Assembly: GCF_009914755.1 (NCBI RefSeq)
Contig: NC_060938.1
From: the human T2T-CHM13v2.0 reference genome, Homo sapiens
DNA length: 64,000 nucleotides
Strand: one strand, 5' to 3'
The translations under genes and the position numbers were made by a program. This document shows, in pieces, positions 29,608 through 42,649 of the stretch. The notes below the pieces were generated by a model, which saw only the letters and a program-made list of their open reading frames with translations, made no database searches and was not told the DNA's origin. Every line of letters starts with the position of its first letter. Within the stretch, counting starts at the first letter, position 1.

Positions 29608-30311
29608 AGGGGGTGGCGGGAGGAACTGTTACGGGAATTGAAGCTGCCGATTAGGCCTAATCAAGATGACAACCTTCCAAAAGCACCGAGAGTTCGTGGC
29701 AGAGCCCATGGGGGAAGAGCCAGTGGGGAGCCTGGCCGGGTGAAGTCCTGGGCAAGAAGCCGGAGGAAAGGGGCTTTGACAAAGCCTATGTTGTCCTTGG
29801 CCAGTTTCTGGTGCTGAAGAAAACTGAAGACCTCTTCCAGGAATGGCTGAAGGACACTTGTGGTGCCAACGCCAAGCAATCCCAGAACTGCTTCTGATGC
29901 CTTTAAGAGTGGTAGGACAACTTCTTGTGATGCTCTCTGGGAAGCCCTCAATCCCCAGCCCTCATCCAGAGTTTGCAGCCATGAAGGGACTCCTCCCCTG
30001 TCCTCTACAGAGGAAAAGATTGCTATTGTACTCACCTCTGACGTACTCCAGGGTCTTTTGGGAGTTTTCTCCCCTAACCATTTCAACTTTTTTGGATTCT
30101 CGCTCTTGTATGCCTCCTCCTTCCTTTTTCCCTTGCCAATTCCCTGGTGACAGTTATCAGCTTTCCTGCATGGATTCCTGGCCCCGTCTCTCACCCCCAC
30201 CCTCACTTGCAGTCCATTTGATACCATTTGGCTCCTTTTTTGGCAGAACAGTCACTGTCCTTGTAAAGTTTTTTAGATCAATAAAGTTAGTGGTTTTCAA
30301 AAAAAAAAGAA
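29608..30311 (+). pseudogene. BANF1P1: Processed pseudogene of barrier-to-autointegration factor (BANF1), antisense to ACTN1
   Basis: ATG 29666 reads [25 protein letters not shown]; a deletion of about 5 nt gives TGA at 29741. A shifted frame continues [59 protein letters not shown], with stops at 29895, 29904, 29913 and the native stop at 29928. It is intronless, with AATAAA at 30280-30285, an A-tail from 30299, and a TSD AAAAGAACAGTCTGTCT (29591-29607) / AAAAGAAAAGTCTGTCT (30312-30328). The P1 symbol is from my recollection of its 14q24 location. Confidence 0.93.
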
Positions 30312-32629
30312 AAAAGAAAAGTCTGTCTGGGAATATATACATTTAATTGTTATGTCAGACCTCTAGGATAGGATAGAGAGGACTTCCCATTTCTCTGGGA
30401 TTATTTGGCAAGGGTGGGACAAGGCTCAGGTATTATGGAGGAGGAAAAAGGATGTTTCCAAAATAAAGATAAAAAATGAAAAAATTATCCCATCTATTTA
30501 AAAGAATGAGTTTGAGAATAAAATAAGATATAATATAGGGAAAAGGCTCTGAAGAACTTTAAAGTGCCTTATCAGTGTAAAATCTTAAAGAAAGTCATAA
30601 TTAGGGAGCAGGACATGAGGATACACCAGCAATCACACACATCTCCCCAATAATTAAGACAGCAAACTGCTAACTGGGTAAGATAAAGGGCTGTGCTCTG
30701 GCCAAGTGACCCCAGGAAATCACCCAAATGAGCTTCTACACTTCCTGAAAATGGTACACAGCTTCCTATACAAGCCAGCTTCTCGTCTGATGGTCGTTCT
30801 TCTCCCTGAGTAGAGCACCCAGGACTCTGGTCTAGGCTCATCGAGTCAAAAACAAACTCACCAGCCTCCCCAGGCAAGCACCCTGCCAGCCCAAGCCAGC
30901 CCCCTGCTGTGTGGGCGGGGTGTGTGAACCAGCAGGGTCCTTGGAGAAGGCCAGGCCAGCACCTGTGCTCAGGGTTGAGTCCCCTGCAGCATCCACTGAT
31001 GTTGAAGACGTTACTGAGGTGCAGCCAGGGGGCGTGCTGGAATCCCTCTGACCCCCATACAAGTATGGCCAGTCTGGCCAGGGCGTGGGCCCTGGGTGGT
31101 TTGTCTAAGCAAAGACCTGCCCAGAAGTGATCTCAGATGCCCAGTGTTCTGGCACGGTAAATAGGAGTATCTGGCTAACTTATCAGGGGCTGACTGCCAG
31201 CCCTTCAAAGCCAGCCGTCAGCTGGTTCATGCGCTGATGAAAAGCAGAGTCTTCGGGAACATCTCCACCCAGATCTGCCCACTTCCCACCCACCTGGGAG
31301 TGGCTGCTGAAAAAGCTGACAACCACCAGGCCTCTGCTGAGACCTGGCACTGCTCTAACAGCCTGTCCCCAGGACATGTGAGTGCTGGGGTCCTGGAGAT
31401 TCAGAGTAGGGGGGACTGGGGGTGCACCTTGGACTTTGGAACAAGACAGACCTAGGCTCCAGTGCCAGCCCACACCTCACATTACATCTGTCTGCTTGGA
31501 CAGGAGATTTAATCCTAGCCTCAGGATCCCTATCTGTAAAATGGGGATAACAAGGCCTACAATGGCACAGAATGAAAGACGACCAAATTAGACCCTATGT
31601 CCTGAAAGACTTAGCCTGGTGCTGTGTCCACAACAGACACTTAAACAATGTTAACCCAGCAGGTCCTCACCACTCACTGGCTGTGTGGCTTTAGTTAAAC
31701 TGTCTAGGTGTCAATTGCCTCACCTTACAATGGGGATAAAGAACATCACCACTTTGTGAAGATTATGACAATGGAAGCAAAACAGCCAGCAAGATACCCC
31801 GGACACATCAGGAGCCCAGTCAATGTCAGCGGTCAGCATGCTCTCACTTCCCATCCACTGTCTATTTAATCAAAGTTAATCATTCACAGAGCAAGAAAGA
31901 AGTCCTGTTGTTTTTTTTCCCCACTGATGAGAGAACTCTGAGACGGGCCTCTGGCCAAGAGGAGGAGATGGGGAGGGGGGAGTGGAGCCTGCATTTCCTG
32001 GTTTACACCCATCTACAGCCCATTTCAAAAGACATAGCACCAGACACCCAGAGGGTCACCAGGGCCAAGAAGCAGGGGGCCTGCAGCTTTTTCTGGGAGG
32101 CCTAACAAAGGCACCGTGCTTGAGAGGGCTCCTGGGCCACCATGAGACTCTGATCTGGCCTCCCTGCCATCCAAGGCCCCCCAGAAGGCAGACTGCCCAG
32201 CTCCTTCTTGCCTGGTACAGGTGGAACCTATGGGCTCCCAGGAGAAATCAGAGCCACTTTAAAACAGGTGGACACACGATCCTAGTGAAGAAACAGGTCT
32301 GTCCTCTTAGCTCCTCGCCAATGAGAGTCAACTGCCTCAGCCAATCTGTCACCATCCACAGCCTCAACCCTCCCAGGGACCCAAGAGCCCACCCCAACTG
32401 CCAGCCACCAGCTAGCTCTGTCCAGTACTTGCGACTGGGCCTCCCGGAGCCTTGGTTCTCACATCAGTAAAGACTTCTGTGGGCCAGAATGATGATGGTG
32501 AAAATAGTAATAATAAAATAAAGATAAAATGAGCCTGCAGCCCATAAAGTAGTCACGAGGGAGGGCTATGTGAGCTAGTGCAAAGGGCTCAGTCTGCTAC
32601 CAGACGCAGACCAAGCACTCACTAGATGT

Positions 32630-32875
32630 TAAAACACAAAAGCACCTAGGAAGACCGAAAGCGGCTTGATTAGTGGTTTCTTAGGGCTGGGAACGGAGGA
32701 GTTGGGGGAGGTGATAGCTAAGGGGTACAGAATATCTTTCTAAGGTGATAAAAATGTTCAAAACTGATGGCAAAAATAGCTGCCCATTTATGTGACTATC
32801 CTAAAAACCATGAAGTTGTATAAATGGGTTAATTGTATGGGTATGTGAATGACATCTCAATAAAGCTGTTATTTC
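32630..32875 (+). mobile_element. L1M 3' end fragment
   Basis: GATTAGTGGTTTCTTAGGGCTGG...GGTGATAAAAATGTTC...CTCAATAAAGCTGTT. Confidence 0.75.
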
Positions 32876-33620
32876 TCTTTTAAACTAAAATGTTCCAGGA
32901 CCCCGCTAAGCCTTTTATATCAAGACGTGGTTTTGTTTTTAACCCATTTGGCCCATTGGAAAGAAACCAGGCTCAAAGACAGGCCCTGGACCAGAGCCCT
33001 CTCGGGGGACTGATGTAATTGAGCTAGTTCAGCTACTGAACAGTGGCTGGTAAGCCTGCTGAGATGAGGATTACTAAATGGGCGGAGCTGGTCTTCGAAG
33101 CAGAGTGGCACCCGCTCCGGGAGGCCAGTGTGAGAACAGCCTCCTCCCCGGTCCTCCGGGGTTACAGTTTGATCCTGCTGTAACCCCTCCCCCATGTCTG
33201 GAGTCTGATTCTGGCCCTTGCAGGTCTGAGAGCACACAGGCCTCAGCAGGCTGTAGCTCCCAGCAGTGGCCAGCACATTCCTTCCCCAAAGAAGGAAAAG
33301 CCACCAAAAGTGAGGTCATTTGGTTTTTTTGGCACAGATGCTGAGAGCTCTGGGTCACTCAATTCCATAGAGAACTCCCCCAGCTGACAGGGATTTGGCC
33401 CAGCCTGCTACTCATACAATATGGGAACCCGGGGTCTGGCAGACTCTGGCCCCTAACTTGACCCCTCCATGTAGTTGAGGTATGACCCTCAGTCTTCCAG
33501 CTTGAAACCTCCATGGTCTTATCTGTGGAATGGGATGATGAAATCCACCCCTCCTGGGGTTGGGCTAAGAATTAAATAGCACAAAACTAGACTTACGGTA
33601 GGGGCTCAAAAATTAAATAA

Positions 33621-33766
33621 GGCTGGCTCTGGTATCTCACACCAGCAATCCCAGCACTTTGGGAGGCTGAGGCAGGAGGATTGCCTGAGGCCAGGAGATC
33701 AAGGCCAGCCTGGGCAACATAGCAAGACCCTGTCTCTACTTAAAAAAAAAAAAAAAAAAAATTAGC
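33621..33766 (+). mobile_element. Alu left monomer (FLAM/AluJ-like)
   Basis: Left arm plus an expanded A linker ending ATTAGC. Confidence 0.85.
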
Positions 33767-34313
33767 TTCTATCCTCTCCCCAGGGTCATTTCTCCTGAAT
33801 GTGCCTTGTTGACCAGAAACAAGGACCTGCCTAGATTCCAAACCCCTGTGTGGAAGCTCCTCTCCAAAGGTCAAACCACTTATCATTACAAATTTGCAAG
33901 AAAGAAAGAGATCCTGCTTGGACAAGGAAGTTTTCCAAGTCTCCTTTCTGTGCCCCTAAAATAATCTCCCAGCAGGAGCTTCTGTCCTGGTCTGTCCCAC
34001 AGTCCACCCCTGGGTCACCCGGACCCCTCAAAGCACCTCCTTGGGCATAGTGACTGGGAACTCTGACCCCCATGGTGGTTCCGGTCACCAGGCTGTCAGC
34101 TGGAGCATCAGTTCTGTCAACTGCTTTTGGGGACTTGGGAGGGGTTCCTGTGGAGGCCCCAGAGGACGAATTACTGCACCTCTTTTAAAGGGGCATGAAG
34201 CCCCTGAAGAGCAGCCAGGGTTCAAAGTCTGGGCTCACAGTGACTGGCCCAATGACAAAAGGGGAGAAGCCAGGCAGAAAAAATAGAAAAAAGAACAGCA
34301 GGATAATTCAGTG

Positions 34314-34511
34314 CGGTGGTTCTCAAACTTGAATATGTAAACTTGAACATTTACCAGAATCACCTGGAGGGCTTGTTAAAATACAGATTGCTGGGCCCCA
34401 CCGCCAGTTTCTGATTCCAAAGTTCTAGGCCGGCAGAGAAACTGCATTTCTAACAAGTATCCAGGTGATGCTGATGCTGCCGGTCCAGAGACCACACTCT
34501 GAGGACCAAGG
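34314..34511. mobile_element. MER5A
   Basis: GTGGTTCTCAAACTT...CAGAATCACCTGGAGGGCTTGTTAAAATACAGATTGCTGGGCCCC...GACCACACTCTGAG. Confidence 0.88.
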
Positions 34512-34730
34512 CTTAGTGGCTAAGAACGGATTTGGGCACAGAAGAGCTGGGTTCAATATGGGTCTGCCACTTACTAACCTTGGAACCTAAGCAAGTTCTT
34601 GACCTTTCTGAGCCTCAGTTTCCTCATCTGTAAAACAGGGATAATACCTTTCTCAACTGGTTTGGTAAGGAGTTTCAATGAGATAATCTATGCAAAAAGC
34701 CCAGCACACCCTAAGTAGTTAATAGTGTCT
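34512..34730 (+). mobile_element. MIR
   Basis: CTGCCACTTACT...TCTGAGCCTCAGTTTCCTCATCTGTAAAACAGGGATAATA. Confidence 0.85.
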
Positions 34731-35246
34731 AGAGTTCATTACTAAAGTACAAGAAAGACAAGAGAAAGGGTGCTCATGGAAAGGCATGAGACAAAAAGAA
34801 CGACTCCAGGACCCATGGAATTGCCCTTGTCTACTAAACGGTCCCAGGTAGCATCAAGGGATCATGGGGGACACCTTGGCACCCAGTGTGTTCCTTCATC
34901 TGGGCTAGCAGGATCCAGCAGGCACTGCACCCCAACCTCTCTGACTCAGTCAAAACTTGATCAATAGGACCTCAGCACTGATCCAGCCCAAACTCCAAGC
35001 CAATGCCACAGCGCCACCCACCTCCTCCCTGAGGGACAACCACCCAGCAGCAGCCACATGACTTTGCAAAGGAATTCTCAAAGCTCCAGGAAACCCAAGC
35101 CCGCAGGATGCCAGAGATACCAGGGGATGAGGCAACAAGTTCAGCAACTGTGGAAGCATCACAAGCCACCACAAGTCACAGCAGTGATTTGCACCCCCGG
35201 GGTGGGACTGGAGCAGACACTCCCAGGGAGCAGAACTTCCTGCAGG

Positions 35247-35452
35247 AACCTACGCAACAGGCAAAAAACTCTGTCTCTACAAAAAATTTAAAAATGTTAG
35301 CCAGGCATGATGGTGCACCCCTATAGTTCCAGCTACCCAGGAGGCTGAGGTGGGAGGATCACCCCAGCCCAGGGAGGTCGAGGCTGCAGTGAGCCATAAT
35401 CATACCACTGCATTCCAACCTGGGAGACAGTGAGACCCCAGCTCAAAAAAAA
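35247..35452 (+). mobile_element. 5'-truncated AluJ-like element with a perfect 15-bp TSD
   Basis: AGAACTTCCTGCAGG at 35232-35246 and 35453-35467. Confidence 0.9.
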
Positions 35453-37820
35453 AGAACTTCCTGCAGGGACTGAGGCATTAACAGGCTGTATCTATAAACT
35501 GCCACTCCTTACAGAGGAGAGGTTTTCTGCAGAGCATCACCATGATTCTCAACACCACCCAGGAGGAAGTTTCTGGTTCCAAGAGAGCTGACTGGAGGAG
35601 GGGAGCAGTCTTGGCACTTGGAGGAGAGTTCCTCTTCAGCTGCAGCTCAAAACTAAAATGCATCTCTTTACACCTAATAGACAGGCAAACAATTAGAAAG
35701 TTGATTACGCCGAATGTTGGTGGGGTTGAGGGATCCGGAAGCCCTCGTGCCCGGCTGGTGGAGAGTAGACTGTACAGCCATTTTAGGGGGTAACTCAGCA
35801 GCGTATCAGGAAATTCCCTGCAACCCAGCAATTCCCTGCTCAATGCAATCCTCACACAGCTGCACTGGGATGTATGGGAGAATGTTCATCGTTGCCTCAT
35901 TTGAGTCAGCAGGAGAGCAGCTGGGGACAATCTGCATATCCATCACAGGAGATTGTAGGATAAAATGTGACGGACACACAGAGGCCTTGCATGGCCCCGA
36001 GATGACACTGGGCCATGACGGAGGAGCCTAACGACCTCAATTCTCTTCACCTGAGGTTCCGCAACACAAAGTTTCTTCTCCCAAAACACAAACACACAGA
36101 TCAGCACATTAAAAAGCAGCACAGAAACCCTCACCCAGGCCCAGGACAATGTGACCCAGTGCCATCACTGCCTTCCTGGCCTGTCCACTAGGCCGGCGGT
36201 GGTCTGGGGTGTCAACAGCTCAGCAGGCTGAGCAGCTCGCCAACACCTTGGTATGGCCAGCCCGGTTTGAGGGACAGGGCGGCAAGGTATCAGCAAGCAG
36301 GGAGCAGCAAGCTGAGGAACAGGAATGTGTCTGTGGGAACTTCCATTTCCAGAAGCGTGGGAAGAAGGGCAGCTGCAAGCAGATCTGTCCACCTCTGCTG
36401 AGAAGCCCAGGGACCTCTGGGTAGTGCAGGGCAGGACGGGACAAGGGGCTTCCGCCTGTGGTCAGTGTATTCACAGTCCTCTTCAAAGATCAGAGAGATC
36501 CACGCCTGCTGTTGCCCACCAGCACCGGGGCTCCTAGGCTTCACTTCAGACACTGCAGCAAGGGCAGCCCTGGGGTGCTTTCGGCTCCCCAGCCCCCTCC
36601 CCCCAACCTTGAAAGGAAAGATCAGCGTTCCATCCTCAGTTTCAAGATGGGGACACTGATGGCAACGTGGACTTCAGGGAGCCCCAAGGGGAGGTGAGGG
36701 AAGGAGAGGGAATCATATCCCAGGGTTGCTCAAAGATGTTGGCTACCATTATAACCCTCAGTGAGTGCTCACTCACTGTTATCATCACCCACGAGGCATG
36801 CGCCATCTCAGCAAGTCCACTCAACAATTCTAGGTTAAAGGAACAAAGGAACAGGACACCAAGGGCCAGTTCCCCACAGTCACACAGCTGGCAAGAGGCA
36901 GAACTGAGGTGTGAACTAGGTCGGTCAAAGCCTGAGCCTGCTCCACTCTGCTGGGAGGCTAAACTCTTCCAGGCCAGCCTTCAGACTCCGTTCAGGCTGG
37001 GGAATGATGGGGACTCATCCAGCTCTGCCCACCAGCCTGCACCAGTCCCTGCTCAGTCTCAAGCCACACGGGCACCCACTCAGCTGTGCCCAGGCAGTCC
37101 CTGAGCCCAGTGGACTGGGGAGGAGAGCCACAGGGCAGCCCAGGACACTTCAACGCTTAAAGCCAGCCACGAGAGGAGGCTGTGGACCTGCTGGCCCCCT
37201 GGGGATGCAGAATGGGCCAGCAGGTTTTTCTTCCAGGTCTCAGTTTTAGGGAGATGGAAAGAGGGTTTGAATTCTGTCTTGGGTTTCTGAACACAAAGGC
37301 CATTGAGAAAGACCGATGAATAATTAAAGGGGCCACCAAGCCGATGATGTGTGCCAGAGTGTGGGCAACTGGCTTGCTAGGGCTTGGACTGGCCCGATGT
37401 TGGCAGCCTCCCTCACGCAGGCCACTGCAGATTCTACAGACTCGCCCAGGCTCCAGGCCTCCCCTGCCAGACAGCTGCAGCCAGATTCATTCATTCCTTC
37501 CTTCCATAAATTCTTACTGAGCACTCATTCTGTATCAGGGACTAGGGTTACATCGTGGGCAAATACAGGCACTGTCCTAAGTCATGGAGCCTGCAGTCTA
37601 ATGGAGAAGACAAACAATAAGCAAAGATTTTATCAATGCGTGTATTTTTGTACACTAAGATCCAGTGCCTATAGGAAAGGTCCTGGAAGGCATAAGGCTA
37701 AAACAGGACCCTGAACTGATCCTGGGGGGCTGTAGGGGGGCAGTGTGTCTGATCACTGCCCCAAGGGAGTCAGTGAATCTATAAGGCTGGGGAGTATTAG
37801 ATGAAAAGTTCGTAAATGTG

Positions 37821-37920
37821 AAGGGGGCCCACATAACCTGTCATCCAAACCAAGGCACCAGGGGGTCTACTAATAATTACACCAGCATAACAGGTATAGG
37901 CAGAGCTGTAGGTCACCCTA
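37821..37920. mobile_element. MER96-like hAT MITE remnant
   Basis: CATAACCTGTCATCCAAACC...GGGGGTCTACTAATAATTACACC...AACAGG...GGTCACCCTA resembles the MER96 body and its GGTCACCCTA terminus. Confidence 0.55.
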
Positions 37921-38039
37921 CACGTGTGTGGGGCGGGTAGCTGTAGGTCACCCTATGCGTGTGTGGGTCAGGTAGCTGTAGGTCACCCTATGCGTGTGTG
38001 GAGCAGGTAGCTGTAGGTCACCCTACGCGTGTGTGGGGC
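37904..38039. repeat. Minisatellite, 35-bp unit, about 3.9 copies
   Basis: AGCTGTAGGTCACCCTA(C/T)(A/G)CGTGTGTGGnnC(A/G)GGT starting at 37904, 37939, 37974 and 38009. Confidence 0.95.
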
Positions 38040-38290
38040 TGGGCAACATGGTGAAACCCTGTCTCTACTAAAAATACAAAATTAGCTGGGTGTGGTGGCA
38101 CGTGCCCATAATCCCAGCTACTCAAAAGGCTAAGGTAGGAGAATCGCTTGAACCCAGGAGGCGGAGGTTGCAGTGAGCCTATTGCACCACTACACTCCAG
38201 CCTGGGCAACAGAGTAAGACTCCGGTTCAAAAAAAAAAAAAAAGAAAGAAAGAAAGAAAGAAAAGAAGAAGAAGAAGAAAACAAACAAAC
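38037..38290 (+). mobile_element. AluS-like element lacking most of the left arm; tail evolved to (GAAA)n(GAA)n
   Basis: Begins GGCTGGGCAACATGGTGAAACCC; the right arm is complete. Confidence 0.9.
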
Positions 38291-41200
38291 AGCAAAGGCC
38301 CCAGAGAAAAGAGAGTAAGGTCTGTTCAAAAAACTGAAAAAAAAAAAGTCACAGTGCAGGAGGGAAGAAGAGGGTGCCAGAGACTGGAGATCAACTAGCC
38401 ACATGGGTGTTCGGGTTCCTGCAGCTGTTGTTTCTCCTGAGAGCAGTGGAAGTCACCGAAGACATTTTATTTTAGCTGAAAGAAACAAATGGGGCTGTGG
38501 CGGGCTGAGTTGGGCTGGGAGTGCCAATCAGATGCTGGTTACATAATTCCACCTGCATCTTAGAAAGAGACCTCTAAATGCCATGGGAAGGGCAGATCAG
38601 AGATGGAAAAGAGTGGCTGAAAAGAGACCAAGCACAAGATCACGAAAAGGTCCCAGCCAGAGACAAAGGGAGCCAGTCCAGGGTGGCAGTGTAGGAGAGG
38701 GAGAAGCAGGTGGATACAAGAGATACTCAGGAGAGACGGGGAGGAGGGGCAGAGGCCACACCCAGATTTTCAGACCTGAGCCAACAGAAGGAGGAACAGG
38801 CAGAGAGGCCACAGCTTTGCACCCATACTCCCTGCCTGCCCAGACACCTGGGGCAGCTCGCTGTTCACAGCAGTCCCCAAAGGTCCAAAGTCCTGAGGCT
38901 GCAGATCTAATTGAAAGGTCTGAGTGGAAGAGCTTCAGAGATCAGGATGTCACTCCCAACCCACTGCCCCAAGTGTTCTACCAGTGTCAACCCAATCAAT
39001 CTTAACCACCCCAGAAGGCATCTCATTTTACAGATGAGAAAACCGAGGCCAAGAGCTCACAGCCACTCAAGGTCACAGCGAACAGTAGATGCAGGAGCCA
39101 GAATTCCACCCGCGGTGGCAGTCACACACTTTCAACCACAGGCTCAGTCAGCATGACTCTCCCCAGGGCCTGGCAGCAGGTCACCGTGCCCCGGCCACAC
39201 TCTCACAACTGTCCGTAACAGGGCCCCTCCGCTCACAGCCCACCAGCCCACCAGCCCACCTCACCACCACCAATCAAGTCACCCTCTGGGGGTGGGGCCC
39301 AGCAGAGGTTGAAATCCTCCTTAAGGGCCTCTTAAGGGTAAACTGGAAAGGATGACATAGTAAGGACCTAAAAGGGGTTTTCTCTAATGGACCAGGCCAA
39401 CTTTGAGAAGGAGGAAGCAGACAAGGCAGTGGGACCCCAGTTCCTGGCATCATCAGCTGACCCTGGAAATACCTATTCCTCAACTTCCCTATCTGAACAA
39501 GGGAGCCAGCCCTGCCTGTGCTTCTAGAAAACTTCCCAGCCCAATAAAAAAGGCAGAGGAAGAGGGGAGAAGTGGCAGAAGTCCTACCCACAGGACTTCC
39601 AGGACTCCACCAGCAGCCCTGAGGAGGAGTCCCAGCCCCTCCCGCTGGGTCCATGCTGCCTAAGACCGCGCCTACGCTCTGACACCTGTGGATTCCCAGT
39701 GGTTCTAAGAAGCCCAAGGCCCCACATGCTCACTGGGGCCCTGGTTTTCAGAAGGCACACCTGGGGAAGCATCCTAGTGGGGCTCAGGGCTCTGTCCCAC
39801 CATCCATCCCCCACTTAGTCTCTGCAGGTTCCCAAGGCCATCATGGAGGCCCTCAGCCCTCACCTCCTTCCTGTCACTCCATCTCTCTCCATCCCCACCT
39901 TCACCTTTTCCATGCTTTAGTGGAATGTTTGCAGGCACAATGGACACACATCACTGGGAGATCTCAGTTCTAAATCTGCTTCCACCACAAGGAGCTCAGG
40001 GCCTCAGGCCAGCCCCTTCAAGCTTCAGTCTCACCTGCAAAGTCTCCCACTTTCCAAGGGGCCATACTTGTCTCATTCCAATGGGCCCCCGTGAAGATGG
40101 AATGACACAGCAACTGGCAGAGCAATCTGAGGGAAACGGCATTTCCCAGACTGGCCCGATTATAAAAAAGGTTAAAAGTAGAGACCCCTCACCCCAACAA
40201 CCACCATTCTGGTTCAGGAGTTCTGGGATGGGACTCACAGATTGGTATTTTAACAAGTAACAAGTACTCCATGTGAATCCTATAATCAGGCAAGTTTGGG
40301 CAACTCTGGGCTACAGAAATGTATATAGGAAGTCTGTCTCACCACACCTCTGTGTGGAGAAGAATGGTTCGCTAAAAGCACCCCTTGGCCCATCCACACA
40401 CAAAATAACAACACACTTAGGGAGCCTACCAGGTATGGGATGCCAGCTTGGGTGGTTTACATCCATCATCTCATTTAGTCTCGGCAACAACTCTGCAAGA
40501 CAGATTGTCTTTTTACAGAGGAAGAAACTGAGGCTCAGAATAAGGACCAGCTCAAGGACACAGCAAGTCAGACAGCAGAGCTTGCCTCCACACCAGTGCT
40601 GCTGGCTCCAAAGCTGGGTTCTCCCTAACACTCTGCAGTCTCTGCAAGGTGAAGTCTTCTGCAGGGAGGGACCGAACACAGAATGCAGCTCCAAGCAGGG
40701 TTCCCGTTCCTATTCCCTCCCCCAAGCCTGGACAGGCCGGTCCCAATCATCCCACAGGAGAAAGGGGCATCCTACTGCATGGAAAGAGAAGCTCTTATTT
40801 TCTGTCCCCAAATATGAGGAATATGGAGGTCCTGGAGCCTATCATCTAAAAAGGGAAGTAGGACCCACCTATGAAACTGTCAAATAGCAATCCGGAGCAG
40901 TGGGAGTTCTGAGCCACAATGCCTGGTGCTGGAGTGAGGGGCTCCAAGGAAGGGAGTGCGAGGTCAGAGAACACGGTGTATCTGGAATGAAGCCCAAGGC
41001 ACCGCCCTCATCACACACGCACATAATCCCTGCTTAGAGCACACAGCCGGCCCAAGCCAGAGTTTAGCAACTCCCATCTCCCTGGGGAGGAAGCAGTTTC
41101 CTTCTGCAGGGGAAGCTGCTGCCACCCAACCAGACAACCTCACACGCAGCCTCTCCCAGGGGAGTAGGGCTTGGATGGACAGAAAGCACACAGAGGTCCT

Positions 41201-41325
41201 AGGAAGTTGGCCTTCTGCAGGGAGTCCCCCCCAGGCCCTTCCACTTAGCAGAGGCACAACGGTGACAAAAGCTGACATTCACTGACACCTACGCACTTTA
41301 TAACAATGACCCCATTTACTCTTCA

Positions 41326-41674
<349 letters not shown>

Positions 41675-42649
41675 TTAGAGACGGAAAAACAGGCTCGAGA
41701 GGGTTAAGTAAGCCGGCTAGCAAAGAGCAGGCCCCAAACCAAAAGCCAGGAGTTCTCCAATGCCAAATCCCAAATTATTTTCATGGCCTCTCTTTCTCTG
41801 TAACTGGGCATCCAGAAGTACAGGCTACCAGACCAGCCACTACCAGGCCACAAAGAAAAACAACCAGCAGCTCTGCTCTCAGAGAGCTGTGATCTAGCTG
41901 ACAGAACAGACACACTGCCTCCTGAGGCGCACGGGGCACCCAAAAGACAGCCACGTGCAGATCTCTGCCAGGGGGTCAAAGCAGCTCATAATGAAGCTCG
42001 AACCAGTGAGCCCACAGAGACCAGTCAGCTGTGCACAGGGCTCTAGCGAGGAGCTGCTCTGGGGCCCAACTTGGTGAAAGCAGGCATCAGGACAGGAGCT
42101 CCTGCTCTGTTAGCAAGAAATAGAATTTTCCTCCAAAGGAAGCTAGGAAGTTTTGCATTAGTCTCTGTAATTAACGGGCCAAAAATCTTTTTCACACTAA
42201 CCCTCTGGGAGAGCCTCGGAGAGAAAAACAGCCCAGGACAGGAAGAACTGGAGGCAGGGGTGGGGGAGGTGATAAGAAGAATGGGCCTCTAGGTCCCAAA
42301 GTAAGCTCGGGGTCCCCGTGCCTCCCCAGGGCTCCCAGAAGCCGCATCCCCCTTCCCCAAGTCCAAAACACGAGGAGGTCAGGAGGAAGGAAGGGTGGGG
42401 ACCTGGCCCAAAAAGGCCCTTCTGCACCACAAGATTCCAAAACTTTTCATTAGCTCTGCAGCTCCACAGTGTGCCCTCGGGGACCCAAATGGCCAGGCCA
42501 GCCCTAGCCTCTGCAGACAGCTACTGTGGCAGGCCTGGCGCTGGCAGGGGGAAGGGGTGGTATCCAAAGCCCTCTGCTGACCTGTCAACACTGCCCAGGG
42601 GACCCAAGGTGCCTGAGAAGCACAACCAGTAACAGCATAAAATATAGCA

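Noticed and set aside
29661-30227. 188-aa minus-strand ORF
   Set aside because: It is the antisense shadow of the BANF1 pseudogene, with no independent evidence of coding.
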